Below, piece after piece: positions 41,165 to 51,162 of a stretch of 64,000 nt of DNA (position 1 is its first letter; each line of letters starts with the position of its first letter). The stretch comes from a virus: IMG/VR virus record IMGVR_UViG_3300009370_000018, positions 4,396 to 68,395 of that record; one strand, written 5' to 3'. The notes beneath the pieces are model-generated. The model did no database searches and was not told the origin of the DNA. It worked only from the letters and a program-made list of their open reading frames with translations. A program made the position numbers and the translations under genes.

Positions 41165-41186
41165 TACAAGGCAGTGAGTGTATAAA

Positions 41187-42551
41187 ATGACAGATCGAGC
41201 GATTTTAGGAAAAAATTTAAAGAAGCCTGTAGAAAATTTAGGTTCTGGTGGATGGGCATTTGCGACTACTAGAGACGTAACTACATATCCTGGTGGTACA
41301 GGAGTTAGAGGAGATGGTGGTGGACTGACTACTTATAGGACTAATGGACAAGATGCCGAAGATTATGATACGACCGACCCGCTAGGGAATTTGGGTTTAG
41401 TGTCGCTTATGACTGGATTGACGGAAGGTGGTGCGGGAGAAGTTGCATATACCTCCACTAATACTATTTCTGGTGTGCAGCTACAAGGAAATGCCTGGAA
41501 GAGAAGTGGGATTAGACTGAAAGATTTCCAATCAGAAGGTCTTGGTTATGCAGTAGATCATACAGCGCAGACTTTTGTTTATACGACAGGAATGTATATG
41601 TCACTTGACTACAAACAAGAGGGGCGCGAGGCAGAAATTCAGGGAATAACATTTGTCGCAAATGACAATGCAACAGGAAGTACATTAGGGGGAGTAGGGG
41701 AAGGGAAATCTGATATTTTTTGGCAGTTTGGAGGTACAGAAGATTATGGAACATCAACACCTAATCCGTACTACCGAACTTATAAGACATCTGATTTTGG
41801 TACCTGGAAAACATATTTTTTTGAATTAACAGGATTGGCCGAAGGCGAAACATATAATATAGTATTAGTGCAAGATGCTGATACTATCACAACGACTCAA
41901 GATTCCGTGGTTGACGTTCCTGCAAATCCTGGTCAAGGTATACCAGCAATCCCAGTTCCTAGAACTTATTTTAAAAACATAAAAATTGGAACACCAAATA
42001 CTGGACTATATATTTCTGCATCTGGGTCGTCAGTAGTGTCAGATAGTCCAGGAGATTTTATATTTTCTAGTGATGATGGTTTTTTTCAGCCATTGAAATC
42101 TGGAAGAGTTGCGATTCCTCCTGCTTCAGAGGACTCTATCGGAAAAGAAGGGGTTGCGAATGTGTATACTGGAATCGTGTCGCCACATTATGACGACACA
42201 CCTTTGATGGTTTCGTGGAATATTGTTGTGGAGTCTGCCAATATTCATCCTTTGTATAACGGTGCGTTATTTGGAGGAATTTTTCCGTATACAGGGCCTG
42301 TCGAGGTAATATCAAACCTTTCATCTATAGGAACACAGTTTATTGATGATGTGAACCAATGGCAATCTGAAATTGAATCGCAAAATAGAGTAATTCCTCA
42401 GGTCGGCTTGAGTTGTATATCGATTGCGAATACTACCACAGATCCCAATTCAATAGATTTGCAATTTAGAAATGGTTCTACGTTAAACACACAATTAGTT
42501 TTTTGGACTGTATATAGGGAAAGAGGAATGCCAGAGGTCAAGGAGCTATAA
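41187..42551 (+). CDS. Putative fibre-associated virion protein, paralogue 2
   Basis: ORF track starts at GTG 41178; ATG 41187 gives MTDRAILG, matching the paralogues; later GLYISASG..DFIFSSD. Confidence 0.6.
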   Translation: MTDRAILGKNLKKPVENLGSGGWAFATTRDVTTYPGGTGVRGDGGGLTTYRTNGQDAEDYDTTDPLGNLGLVSLMTGLTEGGAGEVAYTSTNTISGVQLQGNAWKRSGIRLKDFQSEGLGYAVDHTAQTFVYTTGMYMSLDYKQEGREAEIQGITFVANDNATGSTLGGVGEGKSDIFWQFGGTEDYGTSTPNPYYRTYKTSDFGTWKTYFFELTGLAEGETYNIVLVQDADTITTTQDSVVDVPANPGQGIPAIPVPRTYFKNIKIGTPNTGLYISASGSSVVSDSPGDFIFSSDDGFFQPLKSGRVAIPPASEDSIGKEGVANVYTGIVSPHYDDTPLMVSWNIVVESANIHPLYNGALFGGIFPYTGPVEVISNLSSIGTQFIDDVNQWQSEIESQNRVIPQVGLSCISIANTTTDPNSIDLQFRNGSTLNTQLVFWTVYRERGMPEVKEL

Positions 42552-42552
42552 A

Positions 42553-45500
42553 ATGGATAGAGTTCTTGTAGGAAATGGCATCACTTCTTCTCAAGGGAGT
42601 GGTCTATTTGCTTCTAGATTGGGCGCAAATGTTTTAGACCCTGATCAGGCTCTAACTGGAAATTTGTCATTTGATTCTAGTGATTTTACAGATGGTTCGT
42701 TGGAAGTTATTCAATCGGGACAGTTTACTCTTACTTGTAAAAGAGAAGTAATTCCTGCAAACTTTCCTTCTGGGATCAATTATATGGAAACTGCGGGAGT
42801 AGAAATTGAAATTGAACCGGCAAATAGAGATGGAACGATTCCAGAAATTGCAATATGGTATGCAGTAGGCAATTCTTCTGGGTACTTTCATCCTTGGTAT
42901 ACAGATGTTGCGGTAGACCAAGATAGTTTAGGATCAAATGGTTATGGGCATGATAATGCAACATTTACTGATCGTACAAAAATTAAACATATGGACTCTG
43001 CACAATTTCGCGGAAAATTTAAAAATCAGGCTCAGGTTGGTTATGTAGATCCTAGTATTGAAGTTGTTTCTGATATGAATAGATGGCCGTGGACATACCT
43101 AGGAATAACAGGAATTACAGAGTACAGAGGTTGGGATGATTTTTATTTAGAACCATCAGACGGAACATTTGCAAAGAATGTGGTTGATTGGGTTTGCGAA
43201 ACCACAGGATCTGTGCATGAAGGAACGACAGATAGTACCGTGTTTGGGGATACGTTAGCAGGATATGAAACTTCTCCATTGACCCCATCTTATTCGGTAT
43301 TTAATCATCCAAATAGATCAGGATATACTCATATTAACGAAGGTCTTTATCAAGGTGAAGATATTAAGAGGTCGCCTATTGAAAAGGAGCGTGCAGGGGG
43401 AACTAGATATGCAACGTTGGCAGATTTTCGTGGTGGCGGAGGCGCAAATGTGTCGGCTCTATGGAGCCCTATCATGCAGGCTCGTTTTGGAATTGCTGCC
43501 GAGGATGTAGTATACAGAGCCAATAGTCTAGTTTTTAATACTCCATCAAGAATTAATGCAAATGATTATCCGCACAGTATATTTTCGCAAAATAGTGGGC
43601 TTGTGGGCGTAGTTTATTTTGCAGACAATACAAGATTGATTGTCAATGCATTTATGACGCCCACTTATACTTCAATGGATGGACCCTCACATGAAACGGC
43701 AACATATGAAGAAACGCAGGCAGATTTTACCACACTATATGCTACTGTGGCGCAAGGCGGTTTTGGTGGAAATAGTTATTTGGTTGCATCTAATACCATG
43801 TATCAACAATTGGATCCAGATCGCAGAAAATGGCCACTTTCAAAATTTCATTCGCACACTATCTGCCCTCCAAAAGGAAGAGATTCGTTCTTTAACCCAT
43901 ATTCAAATAATTATATTCAGCATGTTAATTGTTTTCCCGATAATTATTCTTGGTATGATCTTTATGACACTTCTTATTATTTGCAAAGAGTGCAAGAAGC
44001 TGGGCAGGATACATCTAGCGGGAGCAATGATTTAACTAATATTGGTCAGTATTTTAAGGCTGGGCCTACGGGCTCTCCTTTTTACTGGGAAGTAAGTGAT
44101 CCATGGTGTTATGATGGCGCCACCAGTGGAGATCCTTTGAATCCTGGTGGGCCAGGAATCCAAGGAGCAGGTAGTGCTCTTGAATATGAATATCTAGATT
44201 GGATGGATATGGATGGACCCTCGTGGCCCTATCCCCCTCATTTTGATCGAACTTATTGGCTTACAAATCACATTGGGCTTACTTACAATAAAATTGGATG
44301 GCAAACTTATATTGATTCCGTTCTAGGAGCGGGTTTTCGTTTTGGGATAAACGCAGCAAATAATACATTTCCTGCTGGGGATCCTGGGCCTAGTACAATT
44401 GAATACAGAACAAGACCTTATTTGCAATATGCCAATGCTACTTTAACTGATATGGTTGCGCCAGAAGGACATCCTGAATGGGATGCAATTGCACAGAGCC
44501 CTGCCTTAGGTGGTGCAAGCTGGACATATGACCCTGTTTGGGGTCATTTTGAAGGTCAGGCTGGTTGGCATACAACAGGGCCCATACTCCAACCATATAC
44601 TGATGTAGATGGACGGCCTCATTGGCCGGGTGGTGTAATGGGGTTTGGTGACGGGACTAACAATTCTGAACAACCTGCTGTGTTTGATGATATTGATATT
44701 ATTTCTGATGATGATTATGGATTGTGGGCTCATTATAATCACTTATTACCGACTAATTTACAGACATTATATTTTGATCCAGAAAACTTTGAAACAACTG
44801 GACACGAAAAGGGTCTGAGTGTTGGATCGTATCCGGCATGGAAGAATGCCGATGGTACGCTAAATGAAAATTGGAGTCCTTATGGTTCAAAGCCTTGGAA
44901 TAAAAATCCTTCAAAGGTGGTTGCAGCCATGTTCTATCGACATGGTCCGTGGGATAGATTCCAATGGAGAAAAGGATTGTATTCGCCATGGCGCCCTGCG
45001 GCAGAGTGGGGTCCTGGAGGTACACATGGATTTGGACCAGGGCTTGGTGGAGCAGGATCTGTCGATGCGCTACAAGGTGATCAAGACGTATATGATACCT
45101 ATTACTGTAAATATATCATGTATCGTTCAGGAACGACAGGCATAAAAACTCTTGATCCTCCTGTTGTTCCTCAGACGTATAATTTCGATGTCAGGCCGAG
45201 ATGGATACCTGCCCAATTGGAGGGAGGCTCCGTACTGGTAGCCAATACGGGTGGAGATATAACGATTCTGAGCAAAACATACAAGGATTATAGAACTCCC
45301 ACTAGAACAACAATAGGGGAAGGAGCTACCTTTAGTGGTCTCCTTCCCGGGATTGAATCAACAGCCCAGAATCTTGCGTTAACTAATTCGCTTACAGAAC
45401 AACCGCTTTCAGATGGCGAGGTTCTTCTTGCATATCCAGAAGACCTAAAATTTAAAAAATCATCTACGTCTGATCGTACTAAATTTCGTACTGGCACCTC

Positions 45501-48500
45501 GCCGGCGCTTTCCCAAATTAATGATCATAGGGGTTATTATGGATTAGTTTTTCCTGATGATTTTGTAGAAGAAATTGGAGTTGAAGGAAGAGATCCATTT
45601 TTTGATAGACGAGATCCTTCAGGAAGAATATATGGAAATATCGTCATCAATTTTAATATTCCACGATATGTAAATGCCCATGCCAACGGAAAACTTCTCG
45701 ATACTTCTGGAGGTTCCCATCCGGGCTCTGGTAATTTTGACTTTGGTCCGGGTTCTGAAAATATTTTGCGTCATATTAATTTTTTTGGATCAGATAATTA
45801 TTTACACGGAACTCTAAAGGGCGCAGAACAACAGCCAACTCCGGCTATTACTTTTGATTTTACAGACAGCAAATGGTATTTTGGGCCCACCACAAAGAGC
45901 ATTTCGTTAACCGTTAATAATGCAGGAGTAATTGTTGGTGGTGGAGGTCCTGGGGGATGGGGATCTAGGTCGAGAACATTATCAGTAAGCGGGTCGGTTT
46001 TATCTCCTAAACTTGCGGGGTTTATTGAAACAACAGACGCTACTGTAGGAGGAGGAGGAGGTGGAGCAGGAGGAGGAACAGGAGGAACCGATAAAACAAA
46101 GGATCCTAGTGTAATGCCAATTCCAGAGATAGCCTCTAAATATTATTGGTCGTCATATATTGAATCTGGTGCGAACGAACCCCAATTACCTCCTTCTACA
46201 TTTTCGCAACAATATGGTTATAATTATCCTTATATGGCAGAGTTGAGACTAACACATTTTGATTTAGACGGCGAGCCTAAGGCAGGAGCAGGTACAGTCA
46301 CGGGAGGATATTCATATAAAGGGGTGGGAGAGGGTGGATATGGTTGGGCTGATACTTCTATAGGACCAGAATATATTAATGATATTTTTAATGGTGTTCC
46401 GTGGCCAGCAATTTCAGGAAATCGAGAAGATCTTCCCGGAAAAGAAGGATCTGATTCTTCCTTTGAGGTGGTGGATTTTACATCCGAAAGATCGCAATTT
46501 CTTGGTAGCTTTACTGGAACTCTTTCTGATGTTGAAGACCCTAATAATTGGCCAAGATTTGAAGATCAGCAGAGCAGTTTTGGTGGTCCCGGAGGTGCTG
46601 CGGCAACTATTCCATTCAACGAGTTTATTACCCAAGATGATCCTTTACAAGGGTATTCATTGGACGGAAGAGTTCGTTTACCTTATGATGGTTCTGATGG
46701 AGGAGATGCCATTAAGATCTTGGCAGATTTTAAGGCCACAGACATAGATGTCCAAATTATAAATCAAGATGGTGGTTACATATATGGAGGAGGCGGAGGA
46801 GGTGTTGGTGGTTATGGGGGTGATGTTACGGCCCAAGATGGTAAATCTGGTGTTGATATTGCAAGGGATAATCCACAGACGGCACCAGGTTCAAACTCTA
46901 CAGGGCAGGCAACCATTACAAGGAATTCAGGCTATGCAGGACATTTGGTGGGTATGCATTGGTTAGGAACTCACAACTCTTCTATTCGAGTGTATAATTA
47001 TGGATCAAATACATCTGTGGCTGGAAGATTTGCAAATACATCTATACCCCGAGCAGGATCACAAGAATGGGGAGGCCCCTTTAGGTATGAAGGAGAGAGA
47101 GATCTTGTAAATCTTCAGACACACAACCCAGAAGGCGAATATGGTTGGGTTTCTAACGGAGCAGCAACGTCTGGAGAGGTTGGTGTAAAGGAATATCCGA
47201 CATCATTTTCGGATTGGGGAGCAAATGTATTACCAAGATTTAAAGCCAATCTAATTCAAGCAACCGGAAGCGGAATACCTGGTGAATATCCATATCACGG
47301 AGGTGATGGTGAAAATTATAGTCAATTTACAGGGCGTCATCAAGAGCACTTAAATCCTACATCTGCGGCAGATGGGTTAACTCCACTTATCGATACCGGG
47401 TTTAATGCGTCTCAAGTTGTGAATATATCTTTCTCGCCTGATGCCGGTCATAGACATGTGGCTGTGACTATGTTAGATCCATTCAGATTTTCTTTTCGTG
47501 ATGTGTTCATCCTTAATCGCGACGAACTAGAACATCCAAACCAGTTGACTGGTGTTGTAAGATTGATGGGTGGTCATTATGAAGATGGGCTTGGTGACCA
47601 ACATAGTAATGAGACGGACCCTGTCACTGGTGGTGTCTTTGCAGATGGGCATAATCACGAGATCCTGCCTCAAAATTCTACTGAGGATAGCACTTCCGGT
47701 GGCGGTAACCACCACCGGCAGGTATTTGCGGACTATCCAGATGATATAGTTTTTGCTCCGACGCCAAATTTTGAAAAGTCTGGATATAGAAGGTCGATAG
47801 GACATGCAAATTGGATGATCGATGATTTTGGTGGTGTTTCCATAGTTGTTTCTGGTAATAGGCATGGTGGTGAGCCCGGAGTAGGTAGCTATGATTATCC
47901 AAATAGGCTTTATCTTCTTTCTCTTCTTAGAGGTATACCTGATTTAAATTTAACTGGTTCTCCTGGTGTTTTTCATCAGATTAGTTACTATGATAGTGTT
48001 TGGAGAGGTGGTTTACCAACGGCGTCGGGAATTTCAGAAATAAAACAGATTGACCATGTAAATCCAAAGCCACATCCAACACAATATGGTATTGTTATTT
48101 TTCAAGGTAAAACAACAAATGTTGGTGAACCAACGGTTCAGAATTGGAGCCTTTTTGTTTTATTTCATAAATCATTAGCTCAATCCTCAGTTGCAACTAG
48201 TTCACGATTTCCAACTTGGTGCGGTCGTTATGGGCGAGGAGCCAGCACTTTAGAAGAAAGCCCAGGTTCGGCGCCTAATCATCCTGATGGATTATCTTTA
48301 GTCTCGGTAAACACTTATGATGCCTCTTGGTCTCCTGATGGGACTAAAATTGTTTGTGTCAAAAATGGATATCTATATACTTTAGATTTTGATATTGATG
48401 CGATGGCTACTGATCCTCCTGCCAGTAATCCGACATTTATAGGCGGAGGAGCACCTGGAGCCAAAGTACACCATCCTATTTTTACACCAGACGGTAAAAA

Positions 48501-48822
48501 GATTATTTACATAACCGATAAAGAACCAGATCCTACAGACCATCCTACTACTGTTTCTAGCGATGGGGAATATCAACTTTGGATAATGTATTTAGGCGAT
48601 GATGGATTACCAGATCCTAGTAAACCAGAAAGAAGACTCACTAGTCCTGAGAACCTTCCTTGGGATGAAGGGGTTGGGAATCGAGTTAGAATGAGTAGTG
48701 ATTGCCCTCCGACAATATATCCTGGCCTTTCATCTGAATATGGGGGCGGTGGAAAGGTATTATTTGCAGGCGACTATACTGTTTGGGGGACTGGTGGCGT
48801 ATATTCTGTAGATTATTATTAA
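42553..48822 (+). CDS. Multi-domain putative receptor-binding protein: shared scaffold, gp38-like Gly-rich domain, TolB/PD40-like propeller
   Basis: MDRVLVG..GLFASRLG..LSFDSSD; VNNAGVIVGGGGPGG..IINQDGGYIYGGGGGG; ASWSPDGTKI, PIFTPDGKKI. Confidence 0.65.
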   Translation: MDRVLVGNGITSSQGSGLFASRLGANVLDPDQALTGNLSFDSSDFTDGSLEVIQSGQFTLTCKREVIPANFPSGINYMETAGVEIEIEPANRDGTIPEIAIWYAVGNSSGYFHPWYTDVAVDQDSLGSNGYGHDNATFTDRTKIKHMDSAQFRGKFKNQAQVGYVDPSIEVVSDMNRWPWTYLGITGITEYRGWDDFYLEPSDGTFAKNVVDWVCETTGSVHEGTTDSTVFGDTLAGYETSPLTPSYSVFNHPNRSGYTHINEGLYQGEDIKRSPIEKERAGGTRYATLADFRGGGGANVSALWSPIMQARFGIAAEDVVYRANSLVFNTPSRINANDYPHSIFSQNSGLVGVVYFADNTRLIVNAFMTPTYTSMDGPSHETATYEETQADFTTLYATVAQGGFGGNSYLVASNTMYQQLDPDRRKWPLSKFHSHTICPPKGRDSFFNPYSNNYIQHVNCFPDNYSWYDLYDTSYYLQRVQEAGQDTSSGSNDLTNIGQYFKAGPTGSPFYWEVSDPWCYDGATSGDPLNPGGPGIQGAGSALEYEYLDWMDMDGPSWPYPPHFDRTYWLTNHIGLTYNKIGWQTYIDSVLGAGFRFGINAANNTFPAGDPGPSTIEYRTRPYLQYANATLTDMVAPEGHPEWDAIAQSPALGGASWTYDPVWGHFEGQAGWHTTGPILQPYTDVDGRPHWPGGVMGFGDGTNNSEQPAVFDDIDIISDDDYGLWAHYNHLLPTNLQTLYFDPENFETTGHEKGLSVGSYPAWKNADGTLNENWSPYGSKPWNKNPSKVVAAMFYRHGPWDRFQWRKGLYSPWRPAAEWGPGGTHGFGPGLGGAGSVDALQGDQDVYDTYYCKYIMYRSGTTGIKTLDPPVVPQTYNFDVRPRWIPAQLEGGSVLVANTGGDITILSKTYKDYRTPTRTTIGEGATFSGLLPGIESTAQNLALTNSLTEQPLSDGEVLLAYPEDLKFKKSSTSDRTKFRTGTSPALSQINDHRGYYGLVFPDDFVEEIGVEGRDPFFDRRDPSGRIYGNIVINFNIPRYVNAHANGKLLDTSGGSHPGSGNFDFGPGSENILRHINFFGSDNYLHGTLKGAEQQPTPAITFDFTDSKWYFGPTTKSISLTVNNAGVIVGGGGPGGWGSRSRTLSVSGSVLSPKLAGFIETTDATVGGGGGGAGGGTGGTDKTKDPSVMPIPEIASKYYWSSYIESGANEPQLPPSTFSQQYGYNYPYMAELRLTHFDLDGEPKAGAGTVTGGYSYKGVGEGGYGWADTSIGPEYINDIFNGVPWPAISGNREDLPGKEGSDSSFEVVDFTSERSQFLGSFTGTLSDVEDPNNWPRFEDQQSSFGGPGGAAATIPFNEFITQDDPLQGYSLDGRVRLPYDGSDGGDAIKILADFKATDIDVQIINQDGGYIYGGGGGGVGGYGGDVTAQDGKSGVDIARDNPQTAPGSNSTGQATITRNSGYAGHLVGMHWLGTHNSSIRVYNYGSNTSVAGRFANTSIPRAGSQEWGGPFRYEGERDLVNLQTHNPEGEYGWVSNGAATSGEVGVKEYPTSFSDWGANVLPRFKANLIQATGSGIPGEYPYHGGDGENYSQFTGRHQEHLNPTSAADGLTPLIDTGFNASQVVNISFSPDAGHRHVAVTMLDPFRFSFRDVFILNRDELEHPNQLTGVVRLMGGHYEDGLGDQHSNETDPVTGGVFADGHNHEILPQNSTEDSTSGGGNHHRQVFADYPDDIVFAPTPNFEKSGYRRSIGHANWMIDDFGGVSIVVSGNRHGGEPGVGSYDYPNRLYLLSLLRGIPDLNLTGSPGVFHQISYYDSVWRGGLPTASGISEIKQIDHVNPKPHPTQYGIVIFQGKTTNVGEPTVQNWSLFVLFHKSLAQSSVATSSRFPTWCGRYGRGASTLEESPGSAPNHPDGLSLVSVNTYDASWSPDGTKIVCVKNGYLYTLDFDIDAMATDPPASNPTFIGGGAPGAKVHHPIFTPDGKKIIYITDKEPDPTDHPTTVSSDGEYQLWIMYLGDDGLPDPSKPERRLTSPENLPWDEGVGNRVRMSSDCPPTIYPGLSSEYGGGGKVLFAGDYTVWGTGGVYSVDYY

Positions 48823-48838
48823 AAAGGAATGTGTAAAG

Positions 48839-49093
48839 ATGAACAGATTTTCTGCGAACATACATAGTATAAACACATCAAAAGAACAATGCATCGTGAC
48901 AATTATGGATCGAGAATCCGATACCTATATCCTGGATAACAAAAATATTGGGCTTGTATTGAATCCTGATGGGGAGGCCAATACGGCATGGATTAAAGAA
49001 AAGGTGGAGCACATTATTAAAACTAGAATAACTCCAGCGATTAAAAAGAATAAAATTCCTATTAACATAAATGAGAAAGAATCGTCATCATGA
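48839..49093 (+). CDS. Hypothetical protein, paralogue of 52254-52520
   Basis: NIGLVLNPDGEANTAWIKEKV; RBS aagga. Confidence 0.75.
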   Translation: MNRFSANIHSINTSKEQCIVTIMDRESDTYILDNKNIGLVLNPDGEANTAWIKEKVEHIIKTRITPAIKKNKIPININEKESSS

Positions 49094-49581
49094 GAATACA
49101 CACGACAGTAGTAACCAAGGATCATTTTCTTGTTGTATTGCAATCTACACATAGACATGACGAGTTATATGCGGCCGAGAATTATCCTTCTGAAAATCCA
49201 ATAGGTTTTTTGGCCGAAGGAAGTGCAATAACTTTCAAGAAAGATTCAACGACCAAGCCTTGGGTCAAATATGCAGATTCCCTAACTGGACCGATTTTAC
49301 ATATTCGTTCAGTGTTTTCTTTGTTTGGTGCCGTGGCATCAGAAAATAAAGACCTTACTTACTTGACTATTATGCCTAGAAGCGACAATTCAATGGCGCT
49401 TTTGAAAAAGTTGGGACAGGAAATAACGCCTAAAGAAAGTGAAGAGATTGAAACTTCGGACAATTCATTTCAGCTTGGTCTGCAATGTAGGCATCCTTTA
49501 CAGAGAGATTTGAATACTTTTGCGCTTGGTTCTTTTGATGTGGCCGAAGACGTGGGCGAAATAGATTTTGATGGAATATAA
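49090..49581 (+). CDS. Hypothetical protein, paralogue of 53035-53520
   Basis: TKDHFL..IGF..GS..G.VAS..QC..RD..TFAL; ATGA overlap with the upstream gene. Confidence 0.75.
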   Translation: MRIHTTVVTKDHFLVVLQSTHRHDELYAAENYPSENPIGFLAEGSAITFKKDSTTKPWVKYADSLTGPILHIRSVFSLFGAVASENKDLTYLTIMPRSDNSMALLKKLGQEITPKESEEIETSDNSFQLGLQCRHPLQRDLNTFALGSFDVAEDVGEIDFDGI

Positions 49582-49596
49582 TAGGAGATAGTAGAG

Positions 49597-50064
49597 ATGT
49601 CCAAAACAATATATGTATATGATCCTAGTACAGGAAAGATTTCGTATACTATAGAAAATGCAAAGACCGAAAATGCGATTTCATTAAAAAATAGAGGAAT
49701 TAATTTTTTTGCCGATACGATCAATCATAAAATAATTGGAACTTATGTAGTAAAGCATGAGGTTACGGGGCAGCCCATTGGGATTGAAAATATTAAAGAG
49801 ATGACGAGTGTGATAATTAATAAGACACAGGTCGTGGCCGATGGAAATGATACTGTAATTATTGCCCCTTTATTAGAAGGAACGACAGTAAACATATCTA
49901 AAGAGAATTTTAGTTTTGTCTCTGATTTAGAGAATAATTCAGTAGAGATCACCGCAGATGGATATTCATTGGACGAAACTGAAAATGTTATCTATGTGAG
50001 TTTATCTAAATATGGGTATAAGAACAAAGGGTTTATGATTAATATAATCCCAGATGTAGTTTAA
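49597..50064 (+). CDS. Hypothetical protein, possibly fibre-associated
   Basis: 155 aa, RBS aggag, co-oriented in the operon. Confidence 0.65.
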   Translation: MSKTIYVYDPSTGKISYTIENAKTENAISLKNRGINFFADTINHKIIGTYVVKHEVTGQPIGIENIKEMTSVIINKTQVVADGNDTVIIAPLLEGTTVNISKENFSFVSDLENNSVEITADGYSLDETENVIYVSLSKYGYKNKGFMINIIPDVV

Positions 50065-50079
50065 TGGGAGTCTTATAGC

Positions 50080-50415
50080 ATGAAGTTTCAAAAAGACAAT
50101 ACGAAAAACAGATTGACGGCTGAGATTATTACCAAAAGAAAAGAGAATGCGGAAAATAAACGAAAGGTGGAAGAGGAAAAACAAAAAGAACAAGAACAAT
50201 TAAAAGCCAAGTACATAGAAGAATTGAAAAGGCGTGCAAAAGAAAGAGAGCCTTATGTTAATAGAATAGCTGCATATCCAGAAATAACACATCAATTAGA
50301 CATGCTATGGCATGATATGGATAGTGGAATAATTAAAGTAGACAAAAGAAAAGCAAATACTTGGTATCAAATGATAAAAACTGTAAAAAAAGAAAATCCT
50401 TTACCAACTAAATAG
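50080..50415 (+). CDS. Putative tail-fibre assembly/chaperone-like protein
   Basis: C-terminal RIAAYPEITHQLDMLWHD..W...IKTVKKENP motif, as seen in small genes beside phage fibre genes. Confidence 0.6.
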   Translation: MKFQKDNTKNRLTAEIITKRKENAENKRKVEEEKQKEQEQLKAKYIEELKRRAKEREPYVNRIAAYPEITHQLDMLWHDMDSGIIKVDKRKANTWYQMIKTVKKENPLPTK

Positions 50416-50437
50416 TATGTAAAAAGGAAGGTATAAT

Positions 50438-50848
50438 ATGGCCAGTAGGTATCAAAATATCACTATAGACCAGGGAGCAGATTTTGTAATGAATGTTGTT
50501 GCCTATAGATCCCAGTCAGAGACATCGGCATCTCTTGTTCTTACTACTGGTGGCGGAGCCCAGCCTAATTTTTATTCCAATGCACATTTACGAAAAAGTC
50601 ATTATCATGCAAATGCCACATTAGAATTTTCTACGTCAATAATTTCTGATGGAGACGGCTCGGCTGACCCAGTAATAGAATTTTCCCTTCATAGAAATAA
50701 TACTGCCATATTAACACCAGGAAGATATGTTTATGATGTAGAACTAACTTCTCCGACAACTCATGGTGAGAATCCAGATGCAGATGATGATAAGAGATGG
50801 AGAATCCTGGAAGGCATTGCAACAGTAACACCGGAGGCGACGAAGTAA
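50438..50848 (+). CDS. Conserved T4-like virion protein (BppU N-terminal-like Ig fold)
   Basis: NITIDQGADF...PGRYVYDVEL...RILEGIATVTP. Confidence 0.65.
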   Translation: MASRYQNITIDQGADFVMNVVAYRSQSETSASLVLTTGGGAQPNFYSNAHLRKSHYHANATLEFSTSIISDGDGSADPVIEFSLHRNNTAILTPGRYVYDVELTSPTTHGENPDADDDKRWRILEGIATVTPEATK

Positions 50849-50850
50849 AA

Positions 50851-51147
50851 ATGGCCAGAAATTTTGACGATCCTTTTACTACCTATCGATCTGATTTAGA
50901 TAGTCCGGCTCAGTATGCCGTAGAAATCACGCCAACAGATGCTACGGTTTTAACTACTTCTATTAGGGGATTATATGTCGGGGTTACAGGAAATGTGTCG
51001 TGTAGATTAGTTGGAAATGCAAGTGCAACACAAACCCAAGCCAATGTTAAATTTGCCTTTATTCCCGCAGGAACTATTCTTCCTGTTCGGTTAGAGGGAG
51101 TCTGGGCAACCGACACAACAGCAGATGATCTTATTGGATTGTACTAA
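50851..51147 (+). CDS. Head spike base protein, RcGTA Rcc01079-like
   Basis: DPF...LDSPA..AVEITPTD..L..RGLYVGVTGNV...F..IPAGTILPVRL..VWATDTTA..LIGL; ATG 50851 with ggagg upstream (ORF track starts at 50797). Confidence 0.8.
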   Translation: MARNFDDPFTTYRSDLDSPAQYAVEITPTDATVLTTSIRGLYVGVTGNVSCRLVGNASATQTQANVKFAFIPAGTILPVRLEGVWATDTTADDLIGLY

Positions 51148-51162
51148 AAGGGGTCTACACCA

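Noticed and set aside
23574-48822. Diversity-generating retroelement or invertible fibre cassette
   Set aside because: No reverse transcriptase or recombinase in the window, repeat mismatches are not adenine-specific, and no inverted repeats were noticed
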